In this document: positions 60,159 through 64,000 of the stretch, in pieces | How positions within the stretch are numbered: the first letter of the stretch is position 1 | How the letters are laid out: each line of letters opens with the position of its first letter | Assembly: GCA_041739995.1 (NCBI GenBank) | Contig: JBGSMV010000046.1 | Coordinates: forward strand, 9,774 to 73,773 | DNA from: Bdellovibrionota bacterium | GTDB taxonomy: Bacteria > Bdellovibrionota_C > UBA2361 > JBGSMV01 | DNA length: 64,000 nucleotides | Direction: 5' to 3' | Translations under genes and position numbers: made by a program | The notes under the pieces: model-generated | What the model saw: the letters and a program-made list of their open reading frames with translations, nothing else | Told to the model about the DNA's origin: nothing | Databases searched by the model: none

Positions 60159-61353
60159 GCGCGCACCTCTGTTCTCGCATCAGAGCGACGCTCTTCACTA
60201 TGGCGTCGGCACCACGCAGCACGGTCTCTCGATCCATGAACGGCTCGAGTGAAATTCTAATGGTTGATCGCGCTTCCGCCCCGGTAAGTCCCATAGCGCG
60301 TAGCACATGCGAAGGGTCTGGCTTACCTGAGCTGCATGCCGCGCCGGCGGAAACACACACACCTGCAATATCAAGAGCGACTACCAGATCGTCGGCATTA
60401 CAACCGGGAAACGTCACGCTCAGAGTGTTTGGTAATCCCGCATCAATTGAGCCTCTAAGCAGAGCGTCAGGCACCCCAGAGGAAATTTCTTGCCATACTA
60501 AAGCTGCCCCAGAACGCATGGATTCAATGCGCTCAGTGAGGCTTGTACGTGCCTCACGCGCCGCCACTCCAATCGCCACGATGCCGAGCACATTCTCCGT
60601 GCCGCCGCGGAGGCGCGATTCTTGAGTCCCGCCTCTGATCATCGGGTACGCTGCCACAGATTCGGCAAGTATCAAGGCGCCTATTCCGGCAGGAGCTCCA
60701 AACTTATGCCCAGAGAGAGACAGCGCATCAACTCCGAGTTCTGCGAAATTTACTGGCATCTTTCCGATAGCCTGGGCGGCATCAGTGTGAAAAATGGCTT
60801 GAGGTGCTTTTTCCTTTACTGTTCGTGCCAGACTCGCAACAGGAAACCGCAACCCGGTTTCGTTGTTGGCGCACATGACAGAAACAATCTGAGTGTCTGT
60901 GCCGAGAGCTTTTTCGAAAGCGGCTTGGTCTAATACTCCGCTAGTATCGACCGGGATTATCGCGAGAGACGACCCAAGTCGTGCAAGTTCTTGTGCGGGT
61001 TCAAGTACTGCTGGGTGTTCAAAAGACGTTACTACTATCTGCTTACCAACTCCGGTAGAAGCTCTGGCTCGAGCTCCGCGCGCGGCTAGAGTAAAGATAT
61101 GGTTATTGGCCTCTGTCGCCCCTGAACAGAAGATCACATGAGCGGATTTTGGTGCCCCGACCAGCGCGCGCACTTCCTCACGCGCCGCTTCGACCATCGC
61201 CTTCGCCCGCTGCCCAAGGCGATGGATAGCGCTCGGATTCAGCGATGTCTCACAGACCTTGGGGTCAGCACCCGCTCCGATAAGCACCCCCAACTCCTCA
61301 CGGACCTTGGGGTGCAAGTTGCAGCTGGCATTTGCATCAAAATTGATAACCAC
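60148..61353 (-). CDS. Cysteine desulfurase (IscS/NifS type)
   Basis: NPSAIH, EHPAV, NNETG, HTDAAQ, SGHKF (PLP Lys), SAGAACSS (catalytic Cys). Confidence 0.94.
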   Translation of the reverse strand: MVINFDANASCNLHPKVREELGVLIGAGADPKVCETSLNPSAIHRLGQRAKAMVEAAREEVRALVGAPKSAHVIFCSGATEANNHIFTLAARGARARASTGVGKQIVVTSFEHPAVLEPAQELARLGSSLAIIPVDTSGVLDQAAFEKALGTDTQIVSVMCANNETGLRFPVASLARTVKEKAPQAIFHTDAAQAIGKMPVNFAELGVDALSLSGHKFGAPAGIGALILAESVAAYPMIRGGTQESRLRGGTENVLGIVAIGVAAREARTSLTERIESMRSGAALVWQEISSGVPDALLRGSIDAGLPNTLSVTFPGCNADDLVVALDIAGVCVSAGAACSSGKPDPSHVLRAMGLTGAEARSTIRISLEPFMDRETVLRGADAIVKSVALMREQRCAHAV

Positions 61354-61402
61354 CGGGAAAGTTTAGCTTTTTATTGGCCCCTAGAAAAGCTTAGCCCCTA
61401 AC

Positions 61403-61430
61403 TAAAGCCAGGAAGCGAATATACCGATGT
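61403..61430 (+). promoter_or_regulatory. Candidate sigma28-type promoter
   Basis: TAAAG...; TAAA-N16-ACCGATGT. Confidence 0.35.
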
Positions 61431-61515
61431 AATATATGGAAAGTCTTACTGTAATTCGGAGCGCGTGACTTTGAAAGCAGAAGGACCTGGATAGACGCGC
61501 TCAGGGAGAGCAAAG

Positions 61516-61821
61516 GTGACCAGCATTATACCGTCACTAGGAACCGCAGTTGCCGGCGCCACTCAGCCGAATACCCAGCCGAGCGTGCGCGAATCCCCTG
61601 CCGCTACCAACTCAGCAGCCTCAATCGCAGTAGGCTCCCAAGCCGCCGACCGTGCTGCGAAACGATCAGACAAAGATCCAAAAACTCGAGCGCCAGCAGC
61701 TCAAAAGCGAGTTGAGTCGACCTTCGGCACCAATGGCATCAACCCACGCCCTAGCCCAGAGCAGAACGAAGAACCCCCGTCATCCGCCACGCATGATGGC
61801 AAACTTAACGTAGTTGCCTAA
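61516..61821 (+). CDS. Small low-complexity protein with YjfB-like C-terminal motif
   Basis: GGAGA RBS before GTG; Ala/Ser/Pro rich; ends GKLNVVA. Confidence 0.6.
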   Translation: MTSIIPSLGTAVAGATQPNTQPSVRESPAATNSAASIAVGSQAADRAAKRSDKDPKTRAPAAQKRVESTFGTNGINPRPSPEQNEEPPSSATHDGKLNVVA

Positions 61822-61972
61822 ATTCAATTCGAAAAAATGCCTTTAATTTCAAGAGCAGAAGTTTCGGCGCGCATAGTTATTGGCACCTCGTCGGTGCCGA
61901 AAGACTTGCGTCTCTCGGGAGCACTCCGCGCCACCTTGTTATCTCGCTCCTTCCTGACGCGAGTCTGATTGC

Positions 61973-62869
61973 ATGGAATTCGAAATCGAAGAATCCATCG
62001 AAACTAAACCTCGTCAAAGTCACTTCACCGCAGCGAAGACTCCTTCGCCGAAGCGAGTCAGAAGTCGGAGCACCCTCGAAAAAGTTCCTAAGGTAGTATG
62101 GAGATCTCTGAGGATGCTGGCGCGCACCGCGCTCTACCTAGGACTAGCCACCTTCCTTTCGGGGAAGTACTACTTCTCAAAGTTTGACGATAAACTTTCA
62201 ATTGCTCAAGAAGTGCGCAGGGACCCCAAGCAAGAATCAATTTCTGCTTCGCCCTTCCCCTTCGAGTATCGCGGCAAGCGCTATCAAATAACTCCCGTGG
62301 CAAACTATGACATTAGTGGCCTGATAGTTTCTCACAACGAAATTTCAAGCATAACTGATGCCTATCACACCAGCGATTCAGTCGATTTTCGTGACGTGTG
62401 TGTGGTGTGGGGCGCCAACGTTGGCTCAGGAGTGTTCCGACGCTTCAAGTTCTGGAGCGAGCCGTGGTCTTGTCACTTTCACACCGACGATCCTCTCGCC
62501 GCAGCGTCGCTCAACAAAGCGCAAGTCTCCAACAACCACCTTCTTACCGACAATGAACAAGTCAGGGAGCTCATCAAAGACATGCGTATCGGCGATCAAA
62601 TTCGCCTTCAAGGAATGTTGATCAACTACTCCCCTGCCGGACAGCCCGAGCTATCTCGTCGCTCCAGCCGAATTCGAGAAGATACCGGCAATGGCGCCTG
62701 CGAGGTAATATGGGTTGACCATGCGCAGGTACTCCAGCGTGGTGCAACATCATGGCACATACTACGCGAAGGCGGTTTTTGGCTTCTCATTGGTGCCATC
62801 ACACTCAACGCGCTACTTTTTGTCTTTGCTCCTTACGGGGCCATGTCTCGACGCCGATTGATGTGGTGA
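61973..62869 (+). CDS. Hypothetical membrane-anchored protein
   Basis: N- and C-terminal TMs, DVCVVWG, SNNHLL, SRIREDTGNGACEVIWV. Confidence 0.7.
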   Translation: MEFEIEESIETKPRQSHFTAAKTPSPKRVRSRSTLEKVPKVVWRSLRMLARTALYLGLATFLSGKYYFSKFDDKLSIAQEVRRDPKQESISASPFPFEYRGKRYQITPVANYDISGLIVSHNEISSITDAYHTSDSVDFRDVCVVWGANVGSGVFRRFKFWSEPWSCHFHTDDPLAAASLNKAQVSNNHLLTDNEQVRELIKDMRIGDQIRLQGMLINYSPAGQPELSRRSSRIREDTGNGACEVIWVDHAQVLQRGATSWHILREGGFWLLIGAITLNALLFVFAPYGAMSRRRLMW

Positions 62870-63115
62870 CACTGAAAGTGACCAAACAGCCGCATTTTGA
62901 CAACTCGGCATCTCAATCTTCATTAGTTCTTGATTAGCCGGGGCTCTCCAATCGCTGGGTGGCGTGACCTTCTACTTCTCGATTCATCTGCGACCACTTA
63001 CGTTATGACGTCAGGATTTAGGCCGGTCTTGCGGCATTTCTTGACCCGAGAATGTTCATGGCCGTATGGTCGCCGCGAATTTTGACCGCGATGCACTCTG
63101 AATGCTTACCCCGTC

Positions 63116-63147
63116 CCCTCAGAGACCTTGGGAGGCAACTCCTCTGA
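63116..63147 (+). repeat. Hairpin-forming direct repeat, copy 1 (REP-like)
   Basis: ccctcagagaccttgggaggcaactcctctga. Confidence 0.75.
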
Positions 63148-63213
63148 TTGAGCGCCGAAGCGGCAGACGGTTGTCGGGTACTTTGCATTTCACGCACTGG
63201 GAATGAATAGCTA

Positions 63214-63678
63214 ATGAAATCAATACTAACCGTCTTCATGCCGTTTGGCGCGATCGCTCTAGTTCTCGCGATCTTGCTGTTTGCATCCGCTTCATCGGTA
63301 ATAGCCGAGGACTCCTCCCCTGGTAAGGAATCAAAGTCAGTCGAGGCTAACTCCGTTGCTCCATTCAACGTTCTGCTCGGACGTTGGGTTCGCCCTGATG
63401 GGGGCTATCAACTCGTAGTCAAGAGCATAGAGACAAAAGGCAAACTCGACGCGATGTACGCAAATCCCAACATCCTGCCATTTTCAAAAGCCGAGGCATC
63501 CCTCGACGGGAAGACGATAAAAGTATTTCTTGAATTACGAGCCGGCGGCTACAACGGCTCTACCTATACACTGACTTACGATCCCCTACGTGACGTGCTG
63601 AAGGGGGTGTATTTCCAAGCTGTTGCGCAAGAGCAGTATGAAATCTTTTTTGAACGCGTGAAAAGCGGCACGATCTGA
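63214..63678 (+). CDS. Hypothetical exported protein
   Basis: Signal peptide; GRWVRPDGGY, YANP, LRAGGYNGSTYTLTYD, LKGVYFQA. Confidence 0.75.
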   Translation: MKSILTVFMPFGAIALVLAILLFASASSVIAEDSSPGKESKSVEANSVAPFNVLLGRWVRPDGGYQLVVKSIETKGKLDAMYANPNILPFSKAEASLDGKTIKVFLELRAGGYNGSTYTLTYDPLRDVLKGVYFQAVAQEQYEIFFERVKSGTI

Positions 63679-63710
63679 AGGGCGGTCTATGACCCTCTGC
63701 GCCCCCCATT

Positions 63711-63744
63711 CCCTCAGAGACCTTGGGAAGCAACTTCTCTAAGG
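63711..63744 (+). repeat. Hairpin-forming direct repeat, copy 2 (REP-like)
   Basis: ccctcagagaccttgggaagcaacttctctaagg. Confidence 0.75.
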
Positions 63745-63767
63745 AAATACCGAATAGATAGCCCAGT

Positions 63768-64000
63768 ATGGGCTATCATCCACGCATAGAGAGTTCTGAG
63801 TACGCATCGTTCCTGACCACTAGAGCCAGGAATAGTGAGCTGTGGTTTGTGAATAACCGAAGGCTTGAGGAGGCTATACTTGGCTACGTGGCCAAGTACA
63901 CTAAGAGATACGATGTGGTGCTCTATGGGCTTGCTATAGAGGGCAACCACATTCAGAGCCCGGCAGCGTTTCCGAAGCTTCGCCGAGCAGACTTTATGCG
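63768..64000 (+). mobile_element. RAYT/IS200-like Y1 HUH transposase, 5' part (runs off the right edge)
   Basis: Manual translation MGYHPRIE...FLTTRARNSELWF...YVAKY...YDVVLYGLAIEGNHIQ...P...RADFM fits the Y1_Tnp N-terminal pattern. Confidence 0.7.

Noticed and set aside
61881..61901. TTGGCAC as a sigma54 -24 box
   Set aside because: No TTGC at -12; it is one arm of a GGCACC/GGTGCC hairpin.
63714..63950. 78-aa minus-strand ORF at the right edge
   Set aside because: Antisense to the better-supported RAYT-like frame starting at 63768.

Overview
Gene-dense chromosomal window from a Gram-negative bacterium (LPS core genes, TonB system). The gene content resembles Bdellovibrionota/delta-proteobacteria-like lineages, but that taxonomy is inferred only. 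Housekeeping genes include serS, recD2, gmk, yicC, guaA, der, rnc, mnmA and a cysteine desulfurase. There are also LPS inner-core genes, several GT-C type glycosyltransferases and many signalling proteins, two of which look catalytically degenerate. The standout is a minus-strand type III export-gate operon (about 41.8 to 33.4 kb): SctI-like inner rod, an apparent SctO/FliJ-SctP/FliK fusion, FliO, SctR, SctS, SctT and SctU. Its SctU/FlhB appears genetically split at the autocleavage site. The N-terminal gene stops where NPTH should be, and the C-terminal (CC) domain is a separate gene, with a 1176-aa GAF/PAS hybrid histidine kinase between the halves. Also seen: a sigma54-type promoter driving an apparently non-coding G-U-rich hairpin RNA, three sigma28-like promoters, REP/MITE-like inverted repeats, and a truncated RAYT-like HUH transposase with adjacent hairpin repeats at the right edge. 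No rRNA, tRNA or CRISPR array was recognised. All calls come from reading motifs by eye, with no database search.
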